A stretch of DNA of 64,000 bases from Eledone cirrhosa (GCA_964016885.1 OZ024745.1:70308001-70372000); one strand, 5' to 3'; shown: positions 1-12,136, counted from the stretch's first letter. Program-made: numbers and translations. Notes: generated by a model from the letters alone, not told the origin.

Positions 1-24
1 CCCGAAATGCATTCATACGTTTTC

Positions 25-130
25 CTTCTAGCTGATTTCACTCACAAAGCTTCAGTTGAAGACAGGATAATCACTTGCCCAAAATGCCAGCGTTAACGAA
101 ATTAAGTTCTTAGCTATTCCGCCATGCCCA
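25..130 (-). mobile_element. Degenerate SINE fragment (octopus OK-like family)
   Basis: Motifs 'ttcactcacaaagct' and 'cacttgcccaaaatgcca' resemble the cephalopod SINE body as I recall it; a related decayed copy lies at ~2285-2430. Confidence 0.4.
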
Positions 131-912
131 CATTTATATGATATGGCTTCCATTTATATACTGTTTATCCATAAATGTTCACCAAATATTGTATGAAAGA
201 CATCAATATAAAAATCCATCTATAATTTTGATACACGTTTCAGATTCATGAGTTTGTATATGAACATTACTTATAATTTAGTTTTTTGTTTTTTTTCTTT
301 TTACTGCACTGTTGTTAGTTTTCAACAGTTTCATATAAATTCCTTCGCCGTCACTTTGTCGTGCGCTGGATTATATTTTGGAATTATATAACTCTGCATG
401 CGGCAACTATTTTGCTATATTTTAGGGTTTCTTTTGCTGTCTCTAACGATATTTACTCGATTCATATCATTGTTGGCTACTATATATGATATATGGTGTG
501 CATTGTTTAGGTTATTGATCATTTTCTTTCATATGTGTTGTTTGAATTGTGTTCGGTGTTTTTTTTTTCGACTGGTGATTGTATAGAATATATGTTTGAG
601 TGATGTGTTACTTTGGTGGGTGATGAGTATGTAGGTGTCAGGTATACAGAATTTGTACTATGAGAGCTTAAGCACTTTTGCAGATAAAAGGGACACTAAT
701 GATTGATTTAATTCTCATTTAACTCAGAAATTCAGTTAATTATTACTCCTCATATTGTTGTATATATTCAGATATAGAGCAGCTTCAATAAACTATTATT
801 TGTCAAATTTGAGATGAGTACTTCACACTCAAAATGGTGATCTATTTGAACAATTTAATCTTCAATCATGTTGTTTTCTATTTCATCTCATATATGTGTC
901 GTCTATTCAATA

Positions 913-1000
<88 letters not shown>

Positions 1001-1010
1001 TCTTGTTGTT

Positions 1011-1098
<88 letters not shown>

Positions 1099-1100
1099 TG

Positions 1101-1159
<59 letters not shown>

Positions 1160-1169
1160 TCTTGTTGTT

Positions 1170-1207
<38 letters not shown>

Positions 1208-1211
1208 AGTG

Positions 1212-1264
<53 letters not shown>
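913..1264. repeat. (TAG)n microsatellite, ~350 bp, with interruptions
   Basis: Direct reading; the 'tcttgttgttg' interruption occurs twice and each is followed later by 'gtggtagtgg'. Explains the poly-V/T/S/Y ORFs. Confidence 0.98.
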
Positions 1265-1265
<1 letters not shown>

Positions 1266-2184
1266 CAAACTTTATTTTCTATATTGTGCATATACAAATA
1301 GATTTTCACGATGATATATTATTTTATTATCATTTTGATATGAAGAAAGGGGAGTTGTGCACATGGACTTCGTGGCTCCTCTGAGACCGGAGCGATTGAC
1401 ACGCTAAACGGGCTTATGTGATGCTATCACATTTACTGTTATATACAAACATAAAATACAGCAATTACAATAAGACTGTTCGCTGAAATTATGTCCATTG
1501 AAATTAGTTTAATGTATTTCATCGAGTGAAAACCTAGGAAATATAGAAAACTCTTAGGAGATATAAATATTCTATGCAATAACATTTTGCTTCACAGTAA
1601 TCTCTTTTGAATAATATTAACAAGACGTGAACATTTTTGCATTCATTTTCGTTAATGATGTTCCAAGAAATATCCGTAAGGAGAGAAATGAAATATGAAG
1701 AATGAAACTATCATAGTTTATATACATTACAGAACAATAAGATATAAAGAATACGGTAGTAGGCTTCATAATGAAGGAAAATGAACAGTCTAGATGCTCC
1801 TAGGTATAGTGTAAGTCTTCGGCTATCATTGAATGATATTCCAATGAAGCATCCGGCGTTACGAATCCTTATAATTTGGATACAGAAATTAATTCCTGAT
1901 ACTTCAGTGTATTGAACTGCAATCGTGTTGAAATGGTGTTGTTTATGGTGATGTTGCTGTTTTTGATACTTGCCTAACCTTATTTCGGGGAAGACATTTG
2001 TTCAAAAGTATTCTAGCCAGGACAATTCGGTATTTTATTCCAAACAATGAATGTTAGCCAAAGATTTCATTCTTATTTAAGATGATATGATGATTTATCC
2101 TCCGTCCATTTCAACGGTGAGCAGTTATTCCGTCGATCAGTTGAACATCGGTCTAATGAATTCATGCGTGACTGTTTGAGTATT

Positions 2185-2430
2185 CCATAGACATATATAC
2201 CCTTAACGTAATTCGCGAACTATAACAGAGTGAATCTACACGTGACAAGTATAAACCTTTGAATTACAGGTACAATCCATGTGACGGGCTTCCATACAGG
2301 TATTGTCTAGCCTATTCCACACACAAAACTCAGGTTGACATGAGAGGATATTGTAAAGGTACTTGGTCAAGATGTCACACAATGTGACCAAACCTGGGAC
2401 CTCAAAATTTGCGAGGCGTAATTCTTACAC
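2185..2430 (-). mobile_element. Degenerate SINE remnants (two adjacent families)
   Basis: 'gtgacaag...cctttgaattacaggtacaa' matches the element at 30745-30982; the downstream part resembles the fragment at 25-130. Confidence 0.4.
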
Positions 2431-2620
2431 TCTGAATCTTTTACTAGGAAAGTAAATCAGTGATGACAGAAGCTTACGAGTCAACTTCTAAACTTACATT
2501 CTACTGCTAGATATTACAGCCAAATTTAACACAAAACAAACAACTATTTTAATTAAAAAAGAACATATCAGACACATTTCTTCTAAACGAAACAGACAGG
2601 TTCGCCATGAATAGAATTAA

Positions 2621-2920
2621 TTTTTTTTTTCAATATTAAATAGGTTTATTTACAATAGTTTATAACTTTGCCTATTAATCCGTATGGTGAGCAAATGGAG
2701 TCACACGTGGTGGTCTCCCCACAGCCCCAGCGGGCAGGATGGTGAAGGCGTTTCCCCGGAGGATGGTAAGGGAGATGCGCTGGAAGAGCCATTCCAACTC
2801 ACGAGGCTCACACCTACGGCTGGCCTGCTCAGTGCCTATGGTGGTGAATAGGGAGGTACTCCTAGGGCCAAGGACACCAGAAGTCTCCACTGTTTGAGAC
2901 AGAAAGGGCAATATCATCAT
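2621..2920 (-). mobile_element. 5'-truncated CRE-like non-LTR retrotransposon (restriction-like endonuclease C-terminus, 3' UTR, poly-A)
   Basis: ORF 2675-2920 reads VETSGVLGP...LFQRISLTILRGNAFTIL, matching the AVETxGxxG...QRISxAIQRGNA C-terminus of CRE-clade elements. Minus-strand AATAAA at 2645-2650 and A10 tail at 2621-2630. Confidence 0.75.
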
Positions 2921-4472
2921 TGTGAAATGTTATATTAGCGGTTCTCTTGCAAATTGTATGTGAATAAATGTTTATTTCAATATTATACTGTATGAAAGAA
3001 TGTGTGTGGATTTTTCTCCAACAATATACCTATCGACAAATGTGAACGCAATGTACGTATGTCATCTTGGACAGAAAATTATGGATTGTGTATCGTTTCA
3101 TAAGCTCAACATATGAGATTATATAATATCAGCTCCATTAGAACAACTCAATGTGGTGTTCCAGTATGACCGCAATCTAATGATTTAATCTACTGAAAAA
3201 ATGAATACTGTAAGCAACGTAACTATTTAGAAATTGTACTTAAACAGCAAAGTTTATCTTATTTCATATGTTTTGCGTAAGAGTGTAAAATTGTATGAGA
3301 TATTATTATTGTTGTTATTGCTGTTATCTTTTTTTGTTATTGTTTAGTACCAGATGTAATTGAGCAAGACTATGATCAAATCATTTCACCCGTAACTATA
3401 TCGTTTAACTTTAGACTTAGTTTTTCGATAACTACGCTGCTGAAAATATACTTTCTTAAGGCAGCACTATGTGATCCGAGGAAATTCCGTTGCTATTTCC
3501 AGCAATTAGAGTGACCACATAGCGGTTCATGTTTAAGGCCGACCATAAGAGTTAAAAGTAGGTAGGGGAATTGTTCTTCTCGTGTAGTAAATTCAATTCC
3601 ATTCTGCTGAAATAGTTTCGAACAGAAAGTCTAGAAAGCATTCCAGAGGGAATTCTTTTATAAGTGAAAATTTAATAACAAGTTTTGTGTTGATTATGAT
3701 GAATGGTCGAACCCTCTATGGTGTTCTGTTTCAATTCATTAACCTACTATCAGATGTAGGAGCAATACGAAATAAATGGAGTATACTAAATCCTATGATC
3801 AATGCTATATTGCAACTTGGCGGATATCTGTCTGATCAGATTGTAGTTTGAAAGATAGCAGAAGATTTAGAAAATAATAGATGATAGAACACATAAATTT
3901 CGATATTGTTTGAATATGTACATATTGGTGGTTGACTTTCTATTGTGGAACCGACCGTAACGATCGTGTGAGAGGAATGCTCTATGACTGTTGACTTCAG
4001 TAATGAAGATATATTGATGGTAAATTCAACACAGCCTACTTCTGAACAATATTCTATGAAGGATCAAACAACATATAATGTAAGAGCTAACATTTAAATA
4101 AGTTTGATGTAATGCCTAAATTATAGACTTAATATTTCTATACGTTCTATACACCATTTAAATAGAAACGCAAACGAACAATTTACGTATTCTGTCACGT
4201 GTTGATAAATTTAAATCTAAGAACAAGAGAAACAATATTGTATTTAGCTAAAACCGTGCAATTGAATTTACCCGTGATTCAATGCTTTGGTCTTGGAATA
4301 TAAATTCTATAATGGGATAATGAATTAAACGAGTAAAGACGAATCTTTGAATAATAATAATATCAATGTTTATTTCGGTTTGTAAATTTTCGACAAAGAA
4401 AAGTACATTCGTAGAATAAACTTCTCTCTACGTAGCATAGATTCCCTTAAGAAACTTAACCTTCTCCAGAGG

Positions 4473-4503
<31 letters not shown>

Positions 4504-4504
<1 letters not shown>

Positions 4505-4656
4505 TGAGCCAAAATATCGTCTTCCTGTCTTCCTCCGGTTGCAACGTTTTTTGAAATACCCAGTTCTGCGTTTACAGATTGACTTTGTTAGTTTCAGAAG
4601 ATCCCGTTAAGGGTGAAAGCAGCGATTCTTTGCTTAAACTTTAATCTGTTATTTTA

Positions 4657-4661
<5 letters not shown>
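4504..4661 (+). mobile_element. Mini-element family B (putative PLE pseudo-LTR fragment) inserted in (TA)n
   Basis: Unique ~160 bp flanked on both sides by (TA)n; its 3' part is near-identical to 12860-12923; ends with AATAAA. Confidence 0.7.
4590..4640 (+). ncRNA. Hammerhead-like motif, type I, variant core CAGAAGA
   Basis: AGTTT-CAGAAGA-T CCC gttaa GGG T-GAAA-GCA gcgattctt TGC-TT-AAACT: stem I AGTTT/AAACT, stem II CCC/GGG, stem III AGCA/TGCT, putative CUU triplet. Confidence 0.5.
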
Positions 4662-4719
<58 letters not shown>

Positions 4720-5452
4720 GCGAGAGTTAACTGTAAAATTAAATTAAGTTCAACAATTTGTTTGTAGTTGGCGTCAAATGATATCGAGAATATTTCAGTT
4801 TGAAGAATATGTAAGTTCCTTAATGTATTGAACACGTTGAGAGCTAAGATCATGTGTCGGGAAATGAATCTGGTGTTTAAGGCTTTTATTGAAAATAAAC
4901 TTATCAATTTTGCCTGCTGGAAAATCTTCTATTTTACAGTGTGTTAATGGTCGTGATATATGAAGGAGTAAAAAAAAAATATTCGAAGTAATCTAAACAG
5001 GGACTATTGAAGAAATGAATAAACGATATATAAAGTTGATGCTTCTACTAAAAGTAGACAATAGATTTCTGGAGAACTTCAAACACACACACAAAACAAA
5101 TATGGCTTCTGTAACACTCTTTATAGAGGCTATTTTGGAAATCTTCCCTGAACTCCATTAGGGTATATCTTTTTAATATAAGCGATGTGTGTGCTTAGTG
5201 TGCAAAACATTCGAAAAAGATAGAGATAGTGATATTAAACGACTACGTTTTTATAACATTATGTAGTAAAACCTAGCGATTCAATTGAGAGGCTCTGTTG
5301 ATATCGTATGTATGCATTAGCATATATGTGATAACACAATACCCACATTCTTACGAGAACAAATGTAATTCATTGTAGATGCATTAGCAAATATGCAACC
5401 GATGTCAACCACTCAAACGTTAACACGCACAGTTGTACACACGCACACACAC

Positions 5453-5491
<39 letters not shown>

Positions 5492-5644
5492 AATACATAA
5501 GCATAATATCTACATATATACATCCATAGATACAAACATACATATATACTCACATATAGACATACATACATGCATAAATATATACATACATGAGTGTGTA
5601 CATGTGTATGCATGTATACAGCAGAATTCGTGTATGTATGTATA

Positions 5645-5677
<33 letters not shown>

Positions 5678-6229
5678 GGGGGGAGAGAGAGGGGGGGATA
5701 AAGAGAGATGGGGGGAATTCATTCTGTTTGAGGCTAGGAAGCTTACGGAACTACATGTGCAATGTTATATAAGCATACACTACGTTTTCGTCTGTCTGTT
5801 TAATTTCGATCGATTAAAAAAGCTTTCATCCCAATGATAATATATATATATATATATATGTAGATTTGAACAGAAACTCGCCCATATATGTATGCATATT
5901 ATATAAAAGTATGTGTACTTCGTATATCTAATGATATACAGTATATTTTATAAATAAACGTTTTGAAAACCCAGCCCTGCTAGCATTAGGACAGTGCTTC
6001 TGCTCTCTGCTGGAACTTGATATACGCGAACATATATAGTCTTTTCCCCTCTGTAGATGGGCTGATTAACCTTATTTGCATATGGAGCTCTTTAAGTTGG
6101 CTCAACTTAAAAGTAAAATTAAAATTTAACTCCGTCATCGCTGCATACATACAATTATGTGAATTTCGTATATGTAAAAAATACAGTATGTTTAATAAAT
6201 AAACAATTTGAAAGCCCATCTATATATAA

Positions 6230-6600
6230 TGTAAAACAACTACTCTAAACCATCACCAGTTATTTTTGATGGAACGACCATCGATGAAGTAGACACTTTT
6301 GTGTAATCCGGAAATAAAGATCAAACGAAGGAGTACACTTTGCCGGGCAGCTTTTGGAAAAGTTTATAACATCATTAGAAATTCCAAGTCAACTATCGAA
6401 ACCAAAAAAAACGCTCATTAAAGAATATGTTCTGCCCAGTGATGACATATGGAAGTGAGACGTGAGCACTCAACACCACCACTGCATAGACTCTTTCAGA
6501 GGCCCTACGTAAAATAGGGTAAATCACGCTCAACATCACCTTACATAAGAGGATGAGCAACACTTCGAAGGGATTTATCCAACAGGAGTCAAAATATCAT
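6230..6600 (+). mobile_element. Decayed RTE-clade LINE fragment (region C-terminal to the RT core)
   Basis: Translation across stops and frameshifts: ...DGTTIDEVDTFV...EIKIKRR...AAFGK...VLPVMTYGSET*AL..., matching RTE 'EIKRRI...AFGKL...VLPVMTYGSETW'. Confidence 0.75.
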
Positions 6601-7146
6601 GGATTTGGGATTTTGAAAGGAAAAACATAGGTATAATGTTACTTGAAGAGAAATTTCGAGTAAGAGAAATATAGGGAAGAGAACCTTAAAAGTAGAAGAA
6701 AAGAGGTGTTTTAACATAGTATATGAAACAAATTAAGTTGACAATTATATTATATTAGATATATGGTTATTTTGTTGTATCTGTATTGCATCATAATTCT
6801 GATATCAATAGCTTTATGGTTGATAGGATTAAGTGTTTAGAGCACTACATATTTCATGTTACTCACTTTTATAGCAGTCATAATTCAACAGAAACGAGAT
6901 ATTTTAGGGCTATTTCGACCTGATGAATTTCGTCCTCTTTGTTCCGGTACAGTGTGTCACCTATGATTTTGATTTTGTCTAATTGAGCATTTGTATTTAG
7001 TCTGCCGTTGTTTTAACTAATATAATGTTGTTGTATTTCTTTACTGGCAAGTGTCTATGATACTTCTGACACTGTGAGGACAAAGATCAGTATTGAGATT
7101 CCTCTGGGAGGAAGGGTTCTTTTCTGTTGCGGTTTTAATTATAATT

Positions 7147-7440
7147 TCTTCTTCTTTTCCTCCCGTCCCCCTCCTCCTCCTCCTCTTCCTCATCCTCCTC
7201 CTCCTCCTCCTCCTCCTCCTCCTCCTCCTCCTCCTCCTCCTCCTCCTCCCTTTTCTTTTCCCACTTATTCTTAAGGTGTTCGCGAGGGCACAGTCCTAGA
7301 ACACTCCTTCCACCATATCCTGTTAGAAACAAGCGTCTCCAACAGATCCGGCTGGATCCTCAAGTGAGACCAGCCAAGCTCATGGCTGTTACCCAAACAT
7401 CTTGTTCGCGGTTTACCCATCGGTCTCCTGTCAGTTGGGG
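7147..7440 (-). mobile_element. 3' end of an RTE-clade (Expander/Rex3-like) LINE with (GAG)n tail
   Basis: Minus translation PTDRRPMGKPRTRCLGNSHELGWSHLRIQPDLLETLVSNRIWWKECSRTVPSRTP* resembles 'GRRPRGRPRTRW...LAWERLGIPPEEL...W...LPPRP'; followed by the (CCT)n tract at ~7168-7249 on the + strand. Confidence 0.65.
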
Positions 7441-7540
7441 GTTTTTTTCCGTAAAAATCTATCCAGTGATTCTTTCCTGTGACATTCTAACTACAAACCC
7501 ATAGTATAGATACTGTGTTGTTTCAATTCGGAGATGTAGT

Positions 7541-9019
7541 GGCTCTGCCTGAAGTCACTCTCTCGTCCCCATGCTACACACTCTATCGAATAAAGTTACT
7601 CCAAAGATTATTTCTTTATCTTGGCTCTACCTGAAGTGACTCTCTCGACTCCATGCTACACACTCTATCGAATAAAGTTACTCCAAACATTATTTCTTTA
7701 TCTTGGCTCTACCTGAAGTGACTCTCTGGTCTCCATGCTACACACTCTATCGAATAAAGTTACTCCAAAGATTATTTCTTTATCTTGGCTCTACCTGAAG
7801 TGACTCTCTCGACTCCATGCTACACACTCTATCGAATAAAGTTACTCCAAACATTATTTCTTTATCTTGGCTCTACCTGAAGTGACTCTCTGGTCTCCAT
7901 GCTACACACTCTATCGAATAAAGTTACTCCAAACATTATTTCTTTATCTTGGCTCTACCTGAAGTGACTCTCTCGTCTCCATGCTACACACTCTATCGAA
8001 TAAAGTTACTCCAAACATTATTTCTTTATCTTGGCTCTACCTGAAGTGACCCTCTGGTCTCCATGCTACACACTCTATCGAATAAAGTTACTCCAAACAT
8101 TATTTCTTTATCTTGGCTCTACCTGAAGTGACTCTCTGGTCTCCATGCTACATACTCTATCGAATAAAGTTACTCCAAAGATTATTTCTTTATCTTAGCT
8201 CTACCTGAAGTGCTCTCTCGTCCCCATGCTACACACTCTATCGAATAAAGTTACTCCAAAGATTATTTCTTTATCTTGGCTCTACCTGAAGTGACTCTCT
8301 CGTCTCCATGCTACACACTCTATCGAATAAAGTTACTCCAAAGATTATTTCTTTATCTTGGCTCTACCTGAAGTGACTCTCTCGTCTCCATGCTACACAC
8401 TCTATCGAATAAAGTTACTCCAAAGATTATTTCTTTATCTTGGCTCTACCTGAAGTGACTCTCTCGTCTCCCTCCATGCTACACACTCTATCGAATAAAG
8501 TTAAACCAAAGATTATTTCTTTATCTTGGCTCTACCTGAAGTGACACTCTCGACTCCATGCTACACACTCTATCGAATAAAGTTACTTCAAAGATTATTT
8601 CTTTATCTTGGCTCTACCTGAAGTGACTCTCTCGTCTCCATGCTACTCACTCTATCGAATAAAGTTACTCCAAAGATTATTTCTTTATCTTGGCTCTACC
8701 TGAAGTGACTCTCTGGTCTCCATGCTACACACTCTATCGAATAAAGTTAAACCAAAGATTATTTCTTTATCTTGGCTCTACCTGAAGTGACTCTCTGGTC
8801 TCCATGCTACACACTCTATCGAATAAAGTTACTCCAAACATTATTTCTTTATCTTGGCTCTACCTGAAGTGACTCTCTCGTCTCCATGCTACACACTCTA
8901 TCGAATAAAGTTACTCCAAAGATTATTTCTTTATCTTGGCTCTACCTGAAGTGACTCTCTGGTCTCCATGCTACACACTCTATCGAATAAAGTTACTCCA
9001 AAGATTATTTCTTTATCTG
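7541..9019. repeat. 82-bp minisatellite, 18 units
   Basis: Unit GGCTCTACCTGAAGTGACTCTCTCGTCTCCATGCTACACACTCTATCGAATAAAGTTACTCCAAAGATTATTTCTTTATCTT starts at 7541, 7623, 7705 ... 8938, with few variant positions. Confidence 0.97.
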
Positions 9020-9362
9020 GGTAGTTATATTGTTTGATTTCTGTTAGCCTTATATATACACCTGTGTCGGTATCGGAAGTTCAAGTGATAATTCCGTAAA
9101 TCATTTATTGTATAAAATGTACTTAAAAATTACAAGATGTTTTTTTATGAATAAATTAAGTTATACCCTGTTTGAAAATAACATGTTGTTCTCAATTATA
9201 GCAATATAATCTTAATCTGAAAAATATATGTTATTCAGAAAGCTATGAGGAAAGAAAGTCAGATGGGTCACTACACTGGAAATATGTCATTAGATATTAA
9301 ACATATTTGTTTACCTCTCTCGCTCTCGCTCTGCATCAATATTCTCTCTATATACATATATA

Positions 9363-9500
9363 TAGTCCAGAATTAGCCGTCGAAACGGCTTGAGCTTAGC
9401 CGTCGGGGTCATACTCGTTCCTATTACCCACTCTACTACCCTAGGTATTGAGTACTTTGGTGCGTTATGGTCCACCTGTTTCCTTACCACATTTCCTTCG

Positions 9501-9502
<2 letters not shown>
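9363..9502 (+). mobile_element. Mini-element family A, single arm, in (TA)n
   Basis: Near-identical to the arms at 12457-12660, 12983-13175, 21458-21576 and 34154-34358; ends ...ccttcgtt|atatat. Confidence 0.85.
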
Positions 9503-9573
<71 letters not shown>

Positions 9574-9669
9574 TATATATATATATGTATGTATGTACAT
9601 TATGAAGAGAGAAGAAACATTTAGATATAATTAGTAATAAAATGTATCATACCTAAACTGTTCCTAAAT

Positions 9670-9757
9670 TCCTCGACTACGTAGTTTCGTGGCATAAACA
9701 AAAACAATATATCAAAGATATAGAGTCCCTGCGAGGTCTGCCGACTTATCAAGAGGA
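9670..9757 (-). ncRNA. Type I hammerhead ribozyme, U3-A8 variant (copy 1)
   Basis: Minus strand: TCCTC-TTGATAA-GTcGGCA...TGCCAC-GAAA-CTACGTAG-TC-GAGGA. Stem I TCCTC/GAGGA, stem II GT(c)GGCA/TGCCAC, palindromic stem III ACTACGTAGT, GUC cleavage triplet. Confidence 0.8.
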
Positions 9758-10260
9758 TACCTCATTTTACTAGTCTCAAGAACGCGTCTACACGACGTGA
9801 GAAAGAATCCCAAAAGGCGGAGGGGGAGATAGTCACGCGATATAACGGTCGAGAAACAGAGCTAAGCCTCCTATAACCACGAAAAAAATACCACGGAGGC
9901 GGAGGGGGTATTCATATCGAGGCCGTAGAAGAGGTAGTGAAGAAGGCGAGAAGTATGAGTAATGGAAGCTTTCCAGTTGTCCCCACACTTCAAAGATTGC
10001 TCGACCAGAGGGAGTTATTAATACATTTAGAAACACACAGATACATGCGGACACACACATATATACATGAATGCATCCGCACCCAACTCTGAGTTAAGGG
10101 TGCCAACTTCACCGATGTTGCTCAATGAATGACTGGGACAGACCAATTCAGTTTGAACCAGACTGAACCAGTATCAGAGTTAAAAATACATTATGAAGAG
10201 AGAAGAAACATTTAGATATAATTAGTAATAAAATGTATCATACCTAAACTGTTCCTAAAT

Positions 10261-10348
10261 TCCTCGACTACGTAGTTTCGTGGCATAAACAAAAACAATA
10301 TATCAAAGATATAGAGTCCCTGCGAGGTCTGCCGACTTATCAAGAGGA
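10261..10348 (-). ncRNA. Type I hammerhead ribozyme, U3-A8 variant (copy 2)
   Basis: Identical to 9670-9757, offset +591. Confidence 0.8.
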
Positions 10349-10851
10349 TACCTCATTTTACTAGTCTCAAGAACGCGTCTACACGACGTGAGAAAGAATC
10401 CCAAAAGGCGGAGGGGGAGATAGTCACGCGATATAACGGTCGAGAAACAGAGCTAAGCCTCCTATAACCACGAAAAAAATACCACGGAGGCGGAGGGGGT
10501 TTTCATATCGAGGCCGTAGAAGAGGTAGTGAAGAAGGCGAGAAGTATGAGTAATGGAAGCTTTCCAGTTGTCCCCACACTTCAAAGATTGCTCGACCAGA
10601 GGGAGTTATTAATACATTTAGAAACACACAGATACATGCGGACACACACATATATACATGAATGCATCCGCACCCAACTGTGAGTTAAGGGTGCCAACTT
10701 CACCGATGTTGCTCAATGAATGACTGGGACAGACCAATTCAGTTTGAACCAGACTGAACCAGTATCAGAGTTAAAAATACATTATGAAGAGAGAAGAAAC
10801 ATTTAGATATAATTAGTAATAAAATGTATCATACCTAAACTGTTCCTAAAT

Positions 10852-10939
10852 TCCTCGACTACGTAGTTTCGTGGCATAAACAAAAACAATATATCAAAGA
10901 TATAGAGTCCCTGCGAGGTCTGCCGACTTATCAAGAGGA
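10852..10939 (-). ncRNA. Type I hammerhead ribozyme, U3-A8 variant (copy 3)
   Basis: Identical to 9670-9757, offset +1182. Confidence 0.8.
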
Positions 10940-11221
10940 TACCTCATTTTACTAGTCTCAAGAACGCGTCTACACGACGTGAGAAAGAATCCCAAAAGGC
11001 GGAGGGGGAGATAGTCACGCGATATAACGGTCGAGAAACAGAGCTAAGCCTCCTATAACCACGAAAAAAATACCACGGAGGCGGAGGGGGTATTCATATC
11101 GAGGCCGTAGAAGAGGTAGTGAAGAAGGCGAGAAGTATGAGTAATGGAAGCTTTCCAGTTGTCCCCACACTTCAAAGATTGCTCGACCAGAGGGAGTTAT
11201 TAATACATTTAGAAACACACT

Positions 11222-11460
11222 CTGTGTATATGTATGTATGTATGTATGTACATATATATATATGTATGTATGTATGTATGTATATATATATATATGTATG
11301 TATGTATGTGTATGTATATATATATATATGTATGTATGTATGTGTATATATATGTATATATATATATATGTATGTATGTATGTATGTATATATATATATG
11401 TATCTATGTGTAGATATATATATATATATATATGTGTAAATATATATATATGTATGTATG

Positions 11461-11545
<85 letters not shown>

Positions 11546-11546
11546 G

Positions 11547-11595
<49 letters not shown>

Positions 11596-11628
11596 GTATG
11601 TATATATATATATATATATATACATATA

Positions 11629-11669
<41 letters not shown>
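11222..11669. repeat. Compound (TA)n/(TATG)n microsatellite
   Basis: Direct reading. Confidence 0.95.
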
Positions 11670-11671
<2 letters not shown>

Positions 11672-11847
11672 CAAACAGAACTTAAAACGATAAGTTCTTG
11701 TTTTTTGGGATATGTCAATATTTATAAAATAATTTTTGTATTTTATATGATGAGAACGTACCAAAATTTTGGTACCCTTAAAATATATATAATAAAATAA
11801 ATATGGTTTTATAAAGTATAGTTTCCATTTATTAATATCACTTATAT

Positions 11848-11998
11848 AGAGGGTTGGACGCCATGCTTTGACGCATAGAGTTATGGCCCTTGGCATTCTG
11901 AGTTCAAATCCCGCCGAGGTTAACTTTGCCTTTCATCCTTACGGGGTCGATAAAATAAAGTACCAGTAATACATACGGGTAATTACTAGCCCTGTGCC
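11848..11998 (+). mobile_element. tRNA-derived SINE, 5'-truncated
   Basis: B-box 'gagttcaaatccc' followed by body 'ttaactttgcctttcatccttacggggtcgataaaataaagtaccagt', shared with the copies at 25287, 62090 and 62816. Confidence 0.85.
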
Positions 11999-12017
11999 AT
12001 TAATATCATTGATATAT

Positions 12018-12122
<105 letters not shown>

Positions 12123-12136
12123 ATAATATATATATA

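Larger units (their letters stand above)
9597..11220 (-). mobile_element. 591-bp tandem repeat (~2.75 units), candidate retrozyme or non-autonomous PLE derivative
   Basis: Units start at ~9597, 10188 and 10779; only about two substitutions seen between units; flanked by (TA/TATG)n; one hammerhead motif per unit; no credible ORF. Confidence 0.8.

Noticed and set aside
834-1384. Long ORFs encoding poly-V, T, S or Y
   Set aside because: They are translations of a (TAG)n microsatellite.
7541-9019. CRISPR-like array or tandem hammerhead (CTGAAG in each unit)
   Set aside because: No unique spacers and a eukaryotic context; CTGAAGT is not followed by a stem II/GAAA/stem III arrangement.
9833-10060. 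Repeated 75-aa ORF in the 591-bp unit
   Set aside because: Short, starts in a (GT)-rich patch and has no recognisable domain; its recurrence is due only to the tandem repeat.
11015-11896. 293-aa ORF and the many other YI/HT/CV-repeat ORFs
   Set aside because: Stop-free frames through (TA)n, (TATG)n and (CA)n tracts; no coding signal.
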